A stretch of DNA of 63,831 bases, filler included, from Licmophora abbreviata (lineage: Eukaryota): NCBI GenBank assembly GCA_900291995.1. It is 11 parts of 11 records of this genome, joined end to end, with 100 filler letters (N's around TTAATTAATTAA, not from the genome) between each part and the next. Parts side by side here need not be neighbours in the genome. Positions count along the whole stretch, not along the records: positions 9,566 to 22,743 come from OLMU01000491.1; positions 22,844 to 30,788 come from OLMU01000492.1; 9 more parts are not named here. One strand, written 5' to 3'. The translations under genes were made by a program, and so were the position numbers. Under the pieces are notes generated by a model. It was not told the DNA's origin. It did not search any database and was given only the letters and a program-made list of their open reading frames with translations. Shown piece by piece: positions 12,568 through 24,424 of the stretch (its first letter is position 1; the number at the start of each line of letters is the position of its first letter).

Positions 12568-14898
12568 TTATGCAGTCTTGTGGACCACGAATGCCTTGCC
12601 AGTAGCCTTCTGAGTAGCCTTGAGTGCGCCTAGCGATCCCCGCACTGCTCCATTGTCGTCGTTGACCTGTCGAGATGCGAGTCGAGCGGAAGCCTGTTCT
12701 CTTTCAACCTGTCGTAGACGTCGTTCCTCGTTCTTCTTTGAGCTCCCGTGACCATGAAATTGATAACACAAATTCCGGTAGGCTTCTTTCCTTGTCAACA
12801 GTCGACCATGCTCATCGCGATACTCTAGCTTGATCTCCCGGTTCGCCAGTTCCTTGTCTTTGTCTGTTGCGATATGGCGGTCAATTTTCACAACCTTCTT
12901 CAAGTCGAGCGCTTCATAGTCTTCGTATGTGCGCTTATCCTTCGCACGACCCCGGAGCTCTTCTCGACCGGCATTCTTCCCTGTGATTTCACCAGTCTGC
13001 CGCAGCATGGACAGCACACTGGACATTCCGCGGCCTACCGTAACTTCATTTGCAGTCGTCCCTTCGAGATCGGCGGCCTCAGCTTCATCGCCTTCATCCA
13101 CCATATCCTTGGCGAGTTCCTCCATGCTCACGTCCTCTACCTCGATAACCGTTTTGGTCGCGTTTGCAACGTGTTTCGATGCCGGTGTTCGTGCCTCCTC
13201 GGTTCCACCCTTATTGGCAGCCTTCCGTGTCTGCTGACGCTCGACCTGCTCTGCACGGGCACGAAGAGCACGTGTGAACTCTCGAGTGTCATCTGCAGAA
13301 AATGTGAGCCCAGCTGTACCTGCTGTTGAGTTGCTCTCTTCCCTTTCGTCGCCATTCGTCGGATTCGCTTCTTGCAAGACCTGGGTCACCGCATCGGCAC
13401 CCCTGACCTGGGACTGAGACAGTTCTTTCAAGCGACGCAAACGGCGAGCCTTCGCCAGCGCAGCGTTAAGAAACGCGTCATCAGGTTCTTCGTCGTCCAC
13501 AAAAACTGCCTGACTAGTAGTAGTCGGCTGAAAGGCAGCTGCGGTGCGGGCGTTCCCCTTGGCCATGATTGCATCGAATTTGGCGCGCTTCTTTGCTTCC
13601 TCATCTTGCTCCGATCTTGACGCTTGGAGGTCCATCACTTCCTCCGATTTCTTGTCCTTCTCCTCATCACTATCAGATCGACGGCGCTTGCGACCGTGTG
13701 GTTTAATCTCGACTGCAGTTTCTTCCAGTTCTTCCAGAAGCCCCTTCCCAGGCGCCACTTCGGCTTCCTCATCTACTTCCGCAATTTCTTTTCGGCGGAG
13801 CTTCTTATCTTTCTTCTTCTTCTTTTTGAACTTCGTCTCCTTATGCTTCTTCTTCTTCTTAGATGGCCCCATCTCGGCCTCGTACTCCTCTACCGTCATA
13901 AAATCCGAGGCCGTCACATCAGCCTTCGCCGACTGCAGCGATATTGCTCGACCCTCATGAGAGGCAAACAAGTCGTTCCCGTCCGCTTCCTGCTCTTCGA
14001 TTGCCTGTCCGATTTGAAATCCGATTCGCTTTGTGGACCGAGCGTCACTCTCGTTGGGGCCTTCTTGTCCGCGTGCCATTCGTGAGGGACCTTGGGTTCC
14101 ACCAAGCTCTTCAAATTCATCATCGTCGAAGCCGGCATATCCACCAGCACGACCCATCCCCATTTCGACTTGTCTCTTCTGATGCAATCGATCCTTCTGC
14201 TGTTGCTGAGACATTAAATCGACATTCTCCAAGGCGACCTGACCTTCTTCGTCGAGTGTTGTCGTCTTTCCCGTCGTGTCGGTCGTAGTCTTGAGTAACG
14301 GGGCATCCTGCAGTGTGAGCACGGTTGTAGAACCAGCCTGCAACTCGGAAACGTTGTGCGACACCGTGAGTCCCTCTAGGTCCTTTTCGTCGTAATTCGA
14401 TGCTTCCTTTCCTGTCTTGCCCTTGCGCTTCTTCTGTTTCGTCTCGACAGACGTCGACGACTTTGTGCTTCGCATACGAGCGGCCCACGACTGCGCATCT
14501 TGGGGAGTCTCGTCACTGTCGTCCCGCTTCGACGCCAGCTTCTGAATCCCCTGTTGCACTTCGCGCTCCATTCGAGCTTTCTCCAATCGCGCTTGCACCT
14601 CACGCTCCTGTCCCGTGTTGGGGGCCGGCTGATGAAGAGCGGCGCGTGCCGACGAACCATCTGCGGCAGTATCCGTCTTCTTGAGCGGAGGCAATCCCAA
14701 TTTCGAGCGCAAGTCATTCGTTTCGCTAATCGACATTTCTAGAACTTCCTCATTGGCACTTTGACTTGAGACGAGCGGCACCGAAGTTGATGTCGACACC
14801 GCTGTGGCAAGATTGGTTCGCAAGGGAGCCAGGCCTAATTTCTGGCGGAGGTCATTCGTGTCCTGAACCGAGAGTTCAATCACTTCTTCCTTGGCCAT
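12568..14898 (-). CDS. SART1: U4/U6.U5 tri-snRNP-associated protein 1 (SART1/Snu66), intronless
   Basis: N-terminal HIND motifs (SxxxTNxLRxKLGLxPL), LxVxH and TVLTLQD motifs, C-terminal IKLEYRDEHGRLLTRKEAYRNLCYQFHGHGSSKK; first ATG at 14898. Confidence 0.93.
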   Translation of the reverse strand: MAKEEVIELSVQDTNDLRQKLGLAPLRTNLATAVSTSTSVPLVSSQSANEEVLEMSISETNDLRSKLGLPPLKKTDTAADGSSARAALHQPAPNTGQEREVQARLEKARMEREVQQGIQKLASKRDDSDETPQDAQSWAARMRSTKSSTSVETKQKKRKGKTGKEASNYDEKDLEGLTVSHNVSELQAGSTTVLTLQDAPLLKTTTDTTGKTTTLDEEGQVALENVDLMSQQQQKDRLHQKRQVEMGMGRAGGYAGFDDDEFEELGGTQGPSRMARGQEGPNESDARSTKRIGFQIGQAIEEQEADGNDLFASHEGRAISLQSAKADVTASDFMTVEEYEAEMGPSKKKKKHKETKFKKKKKKDKKLRRKEIAEVDEEAEVAPGKGLLEELEETAVEIKPHGRKRRRSDSDEEKDKKSEEVMDLQASRSEQDEEAKKRAKFDAIMAKGNARTAAAFQPTTTSQAVFVDDEEPDDAFLNAALAKARRLRRLKELSQSQVRGADAVTQVLQEANPTNGDEREESNSTAGTAGLTFSADDTREFTRALRARAEQVERQQTRKAANKGGTEEARTPASKHVANATKTVIEVEDVSMEELAKDMVDEGDEAEAADLEGTTANEVTVGRGMSSVLSMLRQTGEITGKNAGREELRGRAKDKRTYEDYEALDLKKVVKIDRHIATDKDKELANREIKLEYRDEHGRLLTRKEAYRNLCYQFHGHGSSKKNEERRLRQVEREQASARLASRQVNDDNGAVRGSLGALKATQKATGKAFVVHKTA

Positions 14899-15398
14899 AT
14901 TTCTTTCCAATTTTAACCAAATGAGTAATTGCGATCAACGAGCGAGTCGAAGGATCGACCCTATTCAGCAAGGAGTTGTGAAAATACCGATCAGTTCCTT
15001 CACTCTCGTCACTCTGCCAAAACACAAGCCAGCACAAGCAGGCTTGTTTTGCGACATCTCAAACTTTTTGTCTTTTTGTGCTCCAAGGCCGTGCGAGGTC
15101 CTATCCATGGAGCTAAAATTGTTAACGAATAGTTCATTTTGAATTTACAATTTACAATACCCAGAACTCTTATTTCACATTCGTCAACGGCGCGCCCCAA
15201 CCATGGGACGACGGCGACGAGCATCTGTTACCTATCTACTGTGTCGCAAGAGCGTTCCGACTCCTATTGCAGTGTTCAACAGATTATATCTGGAGCCGCC
15301 TGTGGTGATTTGATCGCTTGATTCCTCTCTTCTATTTTGAGTTTTCATCAGATTTCAACGCATCATTAATTGAGGATTCAAGAGTTTCGAACGGCGAC

Positions 15399-18300
15399 AT
15401 GTCATCGCAGCACCCGCCCACAAACGGGGGTCTTTCACCCGCTTTTCATTCTGGTGAATTCTCCTCCAATTCTCAGAATGATGCTAGTGATCCAGCTGTG
15501 CCGACGATGGCAATCGATTCGAATCAATTTCGAGAGAGGACATTGTTGCCACCGCCGCACTTGGATGGGCTTTCGACCTACTCTAACGCCAACGTTCAGG
15601 TAGACGAGCAACTGGTAGAGATTGCAGACGAAAGTGATTTTGATAGTTCCGATGATGAGCAATTCTTGCGAGCTGCCAAGAAAGCAAAACGAGCTGTCGT
15701 CAGCACCTCGACCATGGAACCGGCGGGAACGAACGCTGGATTGCTGCCGACCGCATCGAGAATCAGTGTCGAGGACGAGTCGACTCGCGTGGCGAGTGGT
15801 GTTACTCGGGATCGACCGAAAGAGTCAGGCCATAATAGATTGAAACAGGCGACAAATTATGCTGCTCGAACAAAAGTTGCAGCACTACCTGACTTGGTGG
15901 ATTCGCCGGCAGACAAGACGTCCAAACATGATCCAGACGAGACAGCGCTGCTCGAACGAATCAACAACCAAATCATTGACGAGGAAGAGAAGCGACTACT
16001 GGCGAGAATCGAGAGTTCGATCGTGGTGGAAGAGAAAGTGAACATGACACCGGCGGCATCTGTACTTGAAATTGCGACTCCTGCTTCAGACTTTTCCCTG
16101 CGAAGAGACGTAGTTCATATCGAGGCCAAGGACCGGCACAAGAAGCGTCGCAGGCTATTCTCGCCCCCGACAAAAAACTCGACGGGTAGCGCAGTTGAAG
16201 ATCTGGTTGATTGGGATGCTCGCGCAATTGTCAAAAAGAAGCTGCCGAGAATGATAGGATCCAGTCCTCGGTTCGAGCTCACGAATAGCATATTCTTCAA
16301 ACAGATTATCGAACCGATTCTCGCCCAGGACCCGCTTCCTCGCCGGAGACTGACTGGAAAGCTGGTATCCATTGAACATGCTCCGCATTCACTTTGCTTG
16401 GAGCTTAGGGGACATCCTGACCTTCTCCAAAAGGCGGTGGATAAGACTGTGATGTACATTCAGTCTTTCCAGTCGCTCGCGCGTGATACCCCCACCACAA
16501 CGGGCATCGGGGAGAAGGAATCGGCGGGAAAGGATTCCTCTCAAACGCATGCGCGAGCAGTAACCACCCCATCACAGGCGTCAATCGCGTTCAGACACTT
16601 TAGAGAAAAGTTCAATGCGGCGGTACGTATTGAGTACCATGGCCTCCTCAATCTACACACCCCGTTCAAGTTCATGTGGCAGGCTCACAAGGAGGAGTTG
16701 GGGCCACACTGCGACTCCGAGTGCAAATGCCCAGAACATTTAGCTGGTTTGACAAAGGAGGTTGTGAAGAAACATATGAAGGCTCAGAAGAAGAAAGACC
16801 CAACGTGGGACAATCCTCGTGGGCTTCGACCAGGGATGACACATGTTGGTTTCGTGAATCGATTTGCCCCGAAATTCTATCCATTGCTAGAGGCGGAGTT
16901 TCCGAATGAAAGTCCCCAGCTTCTCTTGGAACGACTGACTCTCATGTTCGAGAAGCATAAGAGAGAGTCCGGGTTCGGTTTGAAATGTACGAACGCTTGC
17001 TCTTGTGGACAAGGATGGGATTCCGTGTTCAAAAGGGGTCATCTTCGTACTGGAGAAGAAAACGAATCATTTCGGACGACTGCTTCACGGGCGAAGAGTG
17101 CGGACCGCGTCCCAGGAAATACGGCCTCAACGGCGAGTCTCCAGGTGCCGAGGAAGAGAAAAGTGGGAGACCAGGATAGAATCGACTCTAGTGGCTACTC
17201 GATGATACCGAGAAAGAAGAAACCATCTGCCGATTTAGGCTCGTCTTCCGTCCGTGCTCCGACTGACAAACGTGCCTACTATGAAGTCGAGTACATGCCA
17301 GGTGAATCTTTGGGCTTTCACTGTATTACTGAGATGAAAGACGGACAGCTCGTTTGTATGGTGGACTCTGTCGCTCCGCAGAAGAGAGACGACCGAGTTC
17401 AGGACGGAACGGTGGTATCGGGCGCGGCCTTGGGGGATAGCCGCGAGTCGCAGCCTCTTGTGACCCATACAGACTTGAAGAATCTTTTTAGCCGCGCGAA
17501 GAAAGATTCCTGTAAGCTCCGTGTGCGTTTCATCAACACGTATGTGACGCGACGCCTCTTGAACAATCTCCTATCAAGACAGGACTGGTCCACTTCTGGA
17601 AAGTGGCACGGAACAAAGGAAGGATGGGCCGGTGGAGCACCCAATGTGCGTCCGAAGGACCGGAAGGCACCGCCACTAAGATCAAATCGAAATGAAGAGC
17701 GAAGCATACAACAATTTCCTGTTCATCTCCCCCACGCATTGGCACAAGATAGTCTGAGGCTGCCTGTTCATGTCAGGCAAGAGAACTCGCGCCGACTACC
17801 TCCGTTGGGCCACTTCGTGTGGAAAAGTGAGATGGCTACAGTGCAGCATCGGATTCGCATGAGACCACCCTCTATTCTCAAACGACCAAAATTTTCACAG
17901 AATGCATCGAAGAACACTGCAAACAGCAGTCCTCCCGTTGGGTTGGTTAGAAGTCTAATTGGTGAAGAACGTCTAACAAAAAAGAAATCTGTAAGCTTCC
18001 GTCGGATAAGAGAAGATCCGATGTATTTCAATCGCACTGACGAGCCATATAAGCTCGCTTATGTGACAGTTGACGGCCTCTGTCCCGATGCTGCCAAGAA
18101 TGCAGATGCCGTAACGCAGAATCAACATGTAAACGAAGAAGAGATCAACGCCCTGCCCAGCCAAGTGGAACTGTTTGATGCCATCCGGACCAAAACCTTC
18201 AAAGACGTTCTTTCTCTCTTACAGCGTGGTGCTCCATTCGAGAAACCAGACGAGGATGGGATATATGCTCGAGATGTTGCTAAGTCCGTAGAAGACTCTT

Positions 18301-20556
18301 TCGTGAAGGACCGCACAGATCCCGCGAACGCAGAGAAGCTTAAAGATGTCCGACGAAAGAGCCAAGTGCTGAGGATCTACGTGAATGCAAGGTACTCGAT
18401 CGATTCTGCAAGATTCTTGAAGGCGTGGATACAGCTCGACCTCACATTCGACGGTTTGCAGAATCTTCGTCTCACCCGTCTTGGCGAAGAGCACATTGCT
18501 TCGAACCGACTACAATGCAGAGTCACGTGGTACACTCCAGGCGCCGCGGAGGTTTTGCTGACCGAGCTGCCCGCGAGAATTGTGGAGGAACGTGTCGAAT
18601 GGGGATCACAAGCCGCGTTCGTTACTTTCAATGCAAGTCTGGACGGAGCTCGGTCGAGACGCTTGGTTGTGGCGCTACAGAAAGGCAGCTCGACGGACGC
18701 AACAGGACCCGTTTCGCTTGGTCGACTCGAGATCCCCCTGTCTCGCCTTAGTGAGCAAAGTCACTTCAACACGTCTCAAGTAAGGACTGAGAATTTCGCC
18801 TCTACAGAGAATCTCCAGTCCGCCACACTTTTGATGAGTGTACGGAAGGGCCATGTGGATAAAGAGTATCGCGACCGAAAGAAGAAGCAAGCCGCAAAAA
18901 AACTGCGCGAAACTGTTGACTGGATAAGGAAATTCAACGACGACCTTCAGGAGGGCGTATCAGGTCCGCCAATTGCCTGCTCAGGCCACATCGCTCCAGC
19001 CCAGTGCGGGTACATGTCACTCCTCCACGCGGCCGTCTATTCATCTGACGTTGAGCAAGTGAAACGCCTTCTTCGGCTTGGCGCCAGTCCGTTGGCTCTT
19101 AGCGAAGTTGGCTCTGCAAAGAAATTGGCTTCCACAATGGCGGAACGAAGGGCTACTATTCCAGATTCCACAGCTAACGCCTCCGAAGACCGCATCGCTC
19201 ATGCAATGAAGGAAGATTATGCGAGTCCGTCCGCCGCTATCCTACACATTTTGACAGAGGCATCGAAACAGACTGACCAGGGGTTTGATTCGTCGAGTGA
19301 CGTCGCAGCAACCCCAGCGATTGATGGATTGACGCTCACGGAAACCTTGACCGACGACTCCGATCTATCTGACTTTCCTCTTGAAGATCATCTTGAGCAT
19401 GTCGAAAGACTGAGTGGCGACGCTGATAACTCGGCGGTACCAGTTGAGTCACACGAATCCGCGGGTTTTAGGATACCAAGACATGCTAAACCAGCGACCA
19501 CTGGAGATGCACGGCATTCGAATGGAGTTGATACCACTCTCACAAAGGCGGGGTCGTCAAAAAAGGAAATGGACTCTTCCATAAACGGCAACACGGCCAA
19601 CCGATCCGACGCAGAGCCTATACACAGACCATCGACTGATGATGCGGGCGCAAATCTTTCAAGGAAATCTGTGCCACAAGGTGCCGCCGCGGCAAAATCA
19701 AACCCCCAAAACTCCCATCCACGTGATATGGAGTCTGTCCCACTGTTCTGGACCAAACTGGCTGGCCAGAAAGTCTGTGGTCACTTCAACACTTCTGCGG
19801 GCTGCAGATATGGCCTCAGTTGCCACAATGTGCACATCAAACCATCGATCGGAGACTCACTTCATGACGCGAGCTTGACGATGGGGACGGACGGCCGATA
19901 AATTAGACTCCGACTTCATCCGCAGTCGGGACGCCACGGATCGCCACGGCGACACATGCTTTACTGCGGCCTACGTCAATAAATTGGATAACGTCACGTA
20001 CTACGCAGAGGGAGGAAAGGTGATTGCGAGGAATAAACACGGAGTGAGTTGGTACCGCAGTAGGGAGGACGCTCAAGCTGCACTCTACAATGTACTTGTC
20101 TTCTGGCAGCATGGCTTAGACAAAAAGAGGGCCACAACGAGACGACGTGGAGAGTCCGAGACGGCGGCTAGAGAGCCCAGCGCGAGTCTTACTTTCTTCA
20201 ATCTACTTCGAAAAGCAAATTTGGGTAACCTCTTCACTCAAGTGTTTCACAAAAGGCAGTTTAAGAGCAGTTTCTGGAAGCTCCGCCGCGCTTCTGATGA
20301 AGGAGATGGTAGGGTCGCCGTCACGTTGAGTCTCCCATTCCCGGTGGCAGGGATTTACGTCTTCCACTCATGGGATGTTGGGGGAGGAGTCATTCGCGGA
20401 GGGCGTGGATACTACAAGGACGTTCGTTCGGCCAAAGCGAGCGCATTTTATTACCTTCTTGTCAAGGCCAAGAAGGATGGTTTAATTTCGAAAAACATGT
20501 GGACCCTGCGAGACGGGACACCTCTCAAGCTGAGCCCGGCGGCGAAGAAGCACTAG
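15399..20556 (+). CDS. Large uncharacterised multidomain protein (~1700 aa) with a CCCH zinc finger; +1 frame break near 19890
   Basis: 1500-codon ORF 15399-19901 with CGHFNTSAGCRYGLSCHNVH (C-x8-C-x5-C-x3-H), ankyrin-like SLLHAAVYSSDVEQVKRLLRLGA, PDZ-like and C2-like segments. The +1 frame is open from 19879 to a stop at 20556. Confidence 0.72.
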
Positions 20557-20562
20557 TTAGAA

Positions 20563-21827
20563 CTACAAAGCTAATCCAAGTATAGCTTCTGCTGCACGGT
20601 CCACCTCCCGCTCTGATATACCCATATGTGTCACAGCACGAAAGAGTTCTCCCCCACGACTATAACCTCCAATAACTTGTACATTGCACTCAGCTTCCAA
20701 ACGAGAAGCGAAGTCGTCTTTTCGGACGCGCGCGTCAACCGGCAACGCAAAATACACGATATTGGTGTCCACTTTACCGTCTCGCGGAAGCCGAAAGCCG
20801 TGGAGCTGCAACTGATGCGCCAGTCTTTTTGCGTGATCGTGATCATTCTGGAGTCGCGACACGTTGTTTTGTACTGCGTACAGTCCCATGGCAGCGACGA
20901 CTCCTGCCTGTCGCATCCCACCTCCACAACGCTTTCGCGCTCGCTTGGCCAATCGAATGAACTCGGAATCGCCCACCAGTACGCTACCAAGCGGGGCACC
21001 AAGTCCCTTGGAAAGACACACCGAGACACTATCAGCGCCGCGGCACAACTCTTCAACGGAAACACCCTGCGCCACTGCAGCGTTGAATATACGAGCGCCA
21101 TCAACGTGAAGCCGAATCGACAGTTCGTCTCGTGCCAGCCGTCCCATGTCGGCAATGTACGACGGCGACAAAGCGACGCCTCCCATCATGTTGTGCGTAT
21201 TTTCGAGACACAGTAGTTCGGTCTTGGCGAAATGGTCGTCATTGTCGGATCGACAGCAGTCTCGAACGGCATCGGCGGAAATTGTCGCATCCGCTTCATT
21301 TTCATAGATCTGTCGAGTGTGCACACCACCCAAGTTGGCAGCGTTGCCTCCTTCCCAAACGCAGATATGAGACGCCGCACCTATAATGATCTGGAAAGCG
21401 ATTACAGTAGCATCGTAAGCTGATTGATTCGGTTGTATCCGTAAACCAAGTGCTGACAGATCGAATTCACCTCGGAAGCTCTTCCATGACAGTGCGAGAG
21501 GACTGCGACAAGATTGGACATGGTTCCCGTTGGAACGAACAGGCCCTTTTCCTTCCCAAACAAGTCTGCCATGTAAGCTTCCAATTCCAGGACTGTAGGG
21601 TCTTCTCCCATGACATCGTCCCCAAGTTTGGCGTGCAAGGCAGACTCAAGCATTGCTCTTGTTGGCATGGTTACCGTGTCGCTGCGGAGATCGACCAGAG
21701 ACGAAGTCGATGAGAACGCTCTCTTGAAGCATTTTGAAGCATGACTCTGACCTAAACATGACGAGGAACACCGGCGTAACATGTATCGACAAACGGAAGG
21801 CCGAGCGATCCAGAAAGAGAACGCCAT
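20563..21827 (-). CDS. Low-specificity L-threonine aldolase (GLY1/LtaE family); intron 21391-21470
   Basis: [62 protein letters not shown] (PLP lysine), GGGMRQAG; Arg/Ser-rich mitochondrial-like presequence. Confidence 0.95.
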
Positions 21828-22058
21828 GGTCAACTTCCAGGAATGCGGCCGCTGTGGCACGCGGAAGATGTGCGCATGAAGAAGTCTTTCGTCAATTCAA
21901 TTCCGACGAACTTTAGCTCGACGAAAAAGCACGACTCCTGGTTCATATCATGACCGGGTATCTAGACTACTATTGACTACTTCACGATATCTATTTGTGG
22001 CCGAAGACTTAGGTCATTGTTCATGCGATCTACTCGTGGCCAACATCAACCCAACCAG

Positions 22059-23053
22059 CTAAACTGCCACAAGTGCGGATGCCAAGTAGTATCCATGAGC
22101 CACAGCCGCGCACAAAGCAATGAGATTGGTCAAGGACGACATGCCATGGAACTTTCCAAACTGGGAGGCCAGCTTCTTGTATTCGTCACTCTCCCTCCCC
22201 TCCGTATCTTCCAGCTCATACCGCTTGAACATGACCTTCGTCGACTTGGGCTCCAAGATGAACTGGTTGAGAAGCGTCGTTGCGAGGGCGGTACCAAGTG
22301 CTGCCGTGGCGCGTCGACCGAGCGAAGGGAGACTGCGCAATGTAATCATCTGCACCGTTCGAGTTCGAGTGAATAAAACAGTCCGATTAGTCAAAGACAC
22401 GGTGAAAACAATACATATGGACATCAATCGCACTACCTACCTGCAGAACGATCGCAATGGAACAGAGACTAAAGTATTTGGGAAACAGCTTGCTTTGTAG
22501 CTTTCCAAACGTCCTTCGTTCAAGATTCTTGAACATGGTTATTCCAGCAACGAACGTTGTGTATACGACGGTTCCAAACCAGGTCGAAAAGGAGAGTAGA
22601 TGCATCGTCGCTCCCGCCTCGGCAGATATCTTGGCCAGCGGCGTGCTGCTCGAGTATCCTGCAGCAGCTAGAGCGGTGAGAATCGCTGCCGACCGAAAGA
22701 GCGGCGAGTTGTGAAGTCGCTTCGGAGTCCAGTTTGTTGGATCNNNNNNNNNNNNNNNNNNNNNNNNNNNNNNNNNNNNNNNNNNNNTTAATTAATTAAN
22801 NNNNNNNNNNNNNNNNNNNNNNNNNNNNNNNNNNNNNNNNNNNGTGAAGTCGCTTCGGAGTCCAGTTTGTTGGATCCCACTTGGAGAGGGAAGGATCTGT
22901 CAGCTTTTCGCTCGTGGAGGCTGCGAGAGGGGCAAACAGCGTGGATCGACGCGCCGGTTGCGCTGACACGGTCCCGCGGCTGTTAGGCATCACTTGGAAC
23001 CCATTCACGGCTTTGGAGAGCAATAGACCTGCGAAAATCACAATTCGAATCAT
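22059..23053 (-). CDS. TMEM205/DUF4149-like membrane protein with bipartite plastid-type presequence; spans gap 22744-22843; intron 22350-22440
   Basis: HLLSFSTWFGTVVYTTFVAGITMFKNL..RTFGKLQSKLFPKYF and FGKFHGMSSLTNL; N-terminus MIRIVIFAGLLLSKAVNG-FQV; contig ends overlap by 33 bp, giving one continuous frame. Confidence 0.88.
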
Positions 23054-23532
23054 TCTGCTATGACGGGGGTGTTTTGGGATGTGTCGCAAGTGTTTAGAGA
23101 ATGTTCCGCGACTTCTTGATTTGCTTTTAGGCAATGTAATGTGATGCAGATGAGTCAATCGCCGTCGTCTCGCATGTCAAAGATACGCGGCATCAGGCAT
23201 CTCACACTTCGAAAAGATCGCGAATGACATTTTCAGAGTTCGCTATGACACTTTGTGAAGGGCTCTGATTGGTCAGACGGCATGGTGTCGTTTCCTAGCG
23301 TGAGAATTTCCATTGCCTTTCCTATGTAATGACGAAGTGGGGACATATGCGCGATAGGGAGGAGATGAAAGTTTGGCGCCAAGAATGAAACGCAGGAAGA
23401 ACGCAGACACTCGTGACCCGCGACGAGCATTTATGCCTCCGTGACTTACACCTCGGGCAACTATCCATATCAACTCAATTCTATTATGGAGGTCGCTTTG
23501 ATGACTTATAAATCACAAGGGTGACTATCCTG

Positions 23533-24360
23533 ATGAAGCAAATGTCTAAGACCATGGGCCACGTTGCGGTTTTGAGTTATCTGCTTGCGCTTGTCGTCCT
23601 GTGGGATAGTTCGATCCGCATGGCTCATGCAGACCAATCGGTACGCGCATGCGAGCGTGATCAAGACTGCAAGAACGGTGGTACTTGCGAAATGGCAGTG
23701 GAGAATGGAAGTGAGGTGGACTTCTGCTTGTGCCCAGAGCGCTACAGTGGTCCAAACTGCGAGAACTTTTGTTCGCTTGAATGCCTCAACGGAGGCTTCT
23801 GTGAGTTTCGAGTCGACACCATGGACATCGACGTCATCTTTCGCGATGAAAACAAGAGCGATAGTTCGATATTTTGCATCTGTGAGGGAAAGTTCGAAGG
23901 GAAACATTGTGAATCGCCGTATGTGGTCTGCCCAGATCTTAGCAAATGTCTTAATGGAGGGAAGTGCTCAGAAGTGACGACAGAGGCTGGTACATGGTCC
24001 TATACTTGCGAATGTCCCCAGGGTTACTCTGGTGAGTTTTGCGACATTCCTCCAGATGAAGGATCCATCTTTGTTGACTTGAAAGACAGTGCAGGTACGC
24101 ACACTTTCGTGGTGATTACGTCGATCATTGCGCTGATCGGATGCCTAGCGACTGCGGTGATCTGGTTCAGAATCAAGCGCAAGGAGCGAAGCCAAATGAT
24201 CCACGAAGCTGTAAAGAATAGCACGTCTGCATTTGAAGACAGGCCATGGACAAGCGTCCAGAGCTCCAACGCCGGAGGAACAGTTTGGTATGATGTGGAG
24301 CCAGAAGAGCGGCCTGCAATGCCCTCTAGGGCTAAAGCAGTGGAAGCTTCGCTCTTGTAA
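23533..24360 (+). CDS. Type I membrane protein with three EGF-like repeats
   Basis: Signal peptide; CKNGGTC..CLCPERYSGPNC, CLNGGFC..CICEGKFEGKHC, CLNGGKC..CECPQGYSGEFC; TM segment FVVITSIIALIGCLATAVIWF followed by RIKRK. Confidence 0.88.
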   Translation: MKQMSKTMGHVAVLSYLLALVVLWDSSIRMAHADQSVRACERDQDCKNGGTCEMAVENGSEVDFCLCPERYSGPNCENFCSLECLNGGFCEFRVDTMDIDVIFRDENKSDSSIFCICEGKFEGKHCESPYVVCPDLSKCLNGGKCSEVTTEAGTWSYTCECPQGYSGEFCDIPPDEGSIFVDLKDSAGTHTFVVITSIIALIGCLATAVIWFRIKRKERSQMIHEAVKNSTSAFEDRPWTSVQSSNAGGTVWYDVEPEERPAMPSRAKAVEASLL

Positions 24361-24424
24361 GCAAGCATACACATGGTGTTGTTTTAACAAATCAACTTAT
24401 ACCGTAACTCCATACAGGACACTG

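Noticed and set aside
22711..22876. 33-bp direct repeat as a target-site duplication
   Set aside because: It is an unmerged contig overlap; merging restores the TMEM205-like frame.
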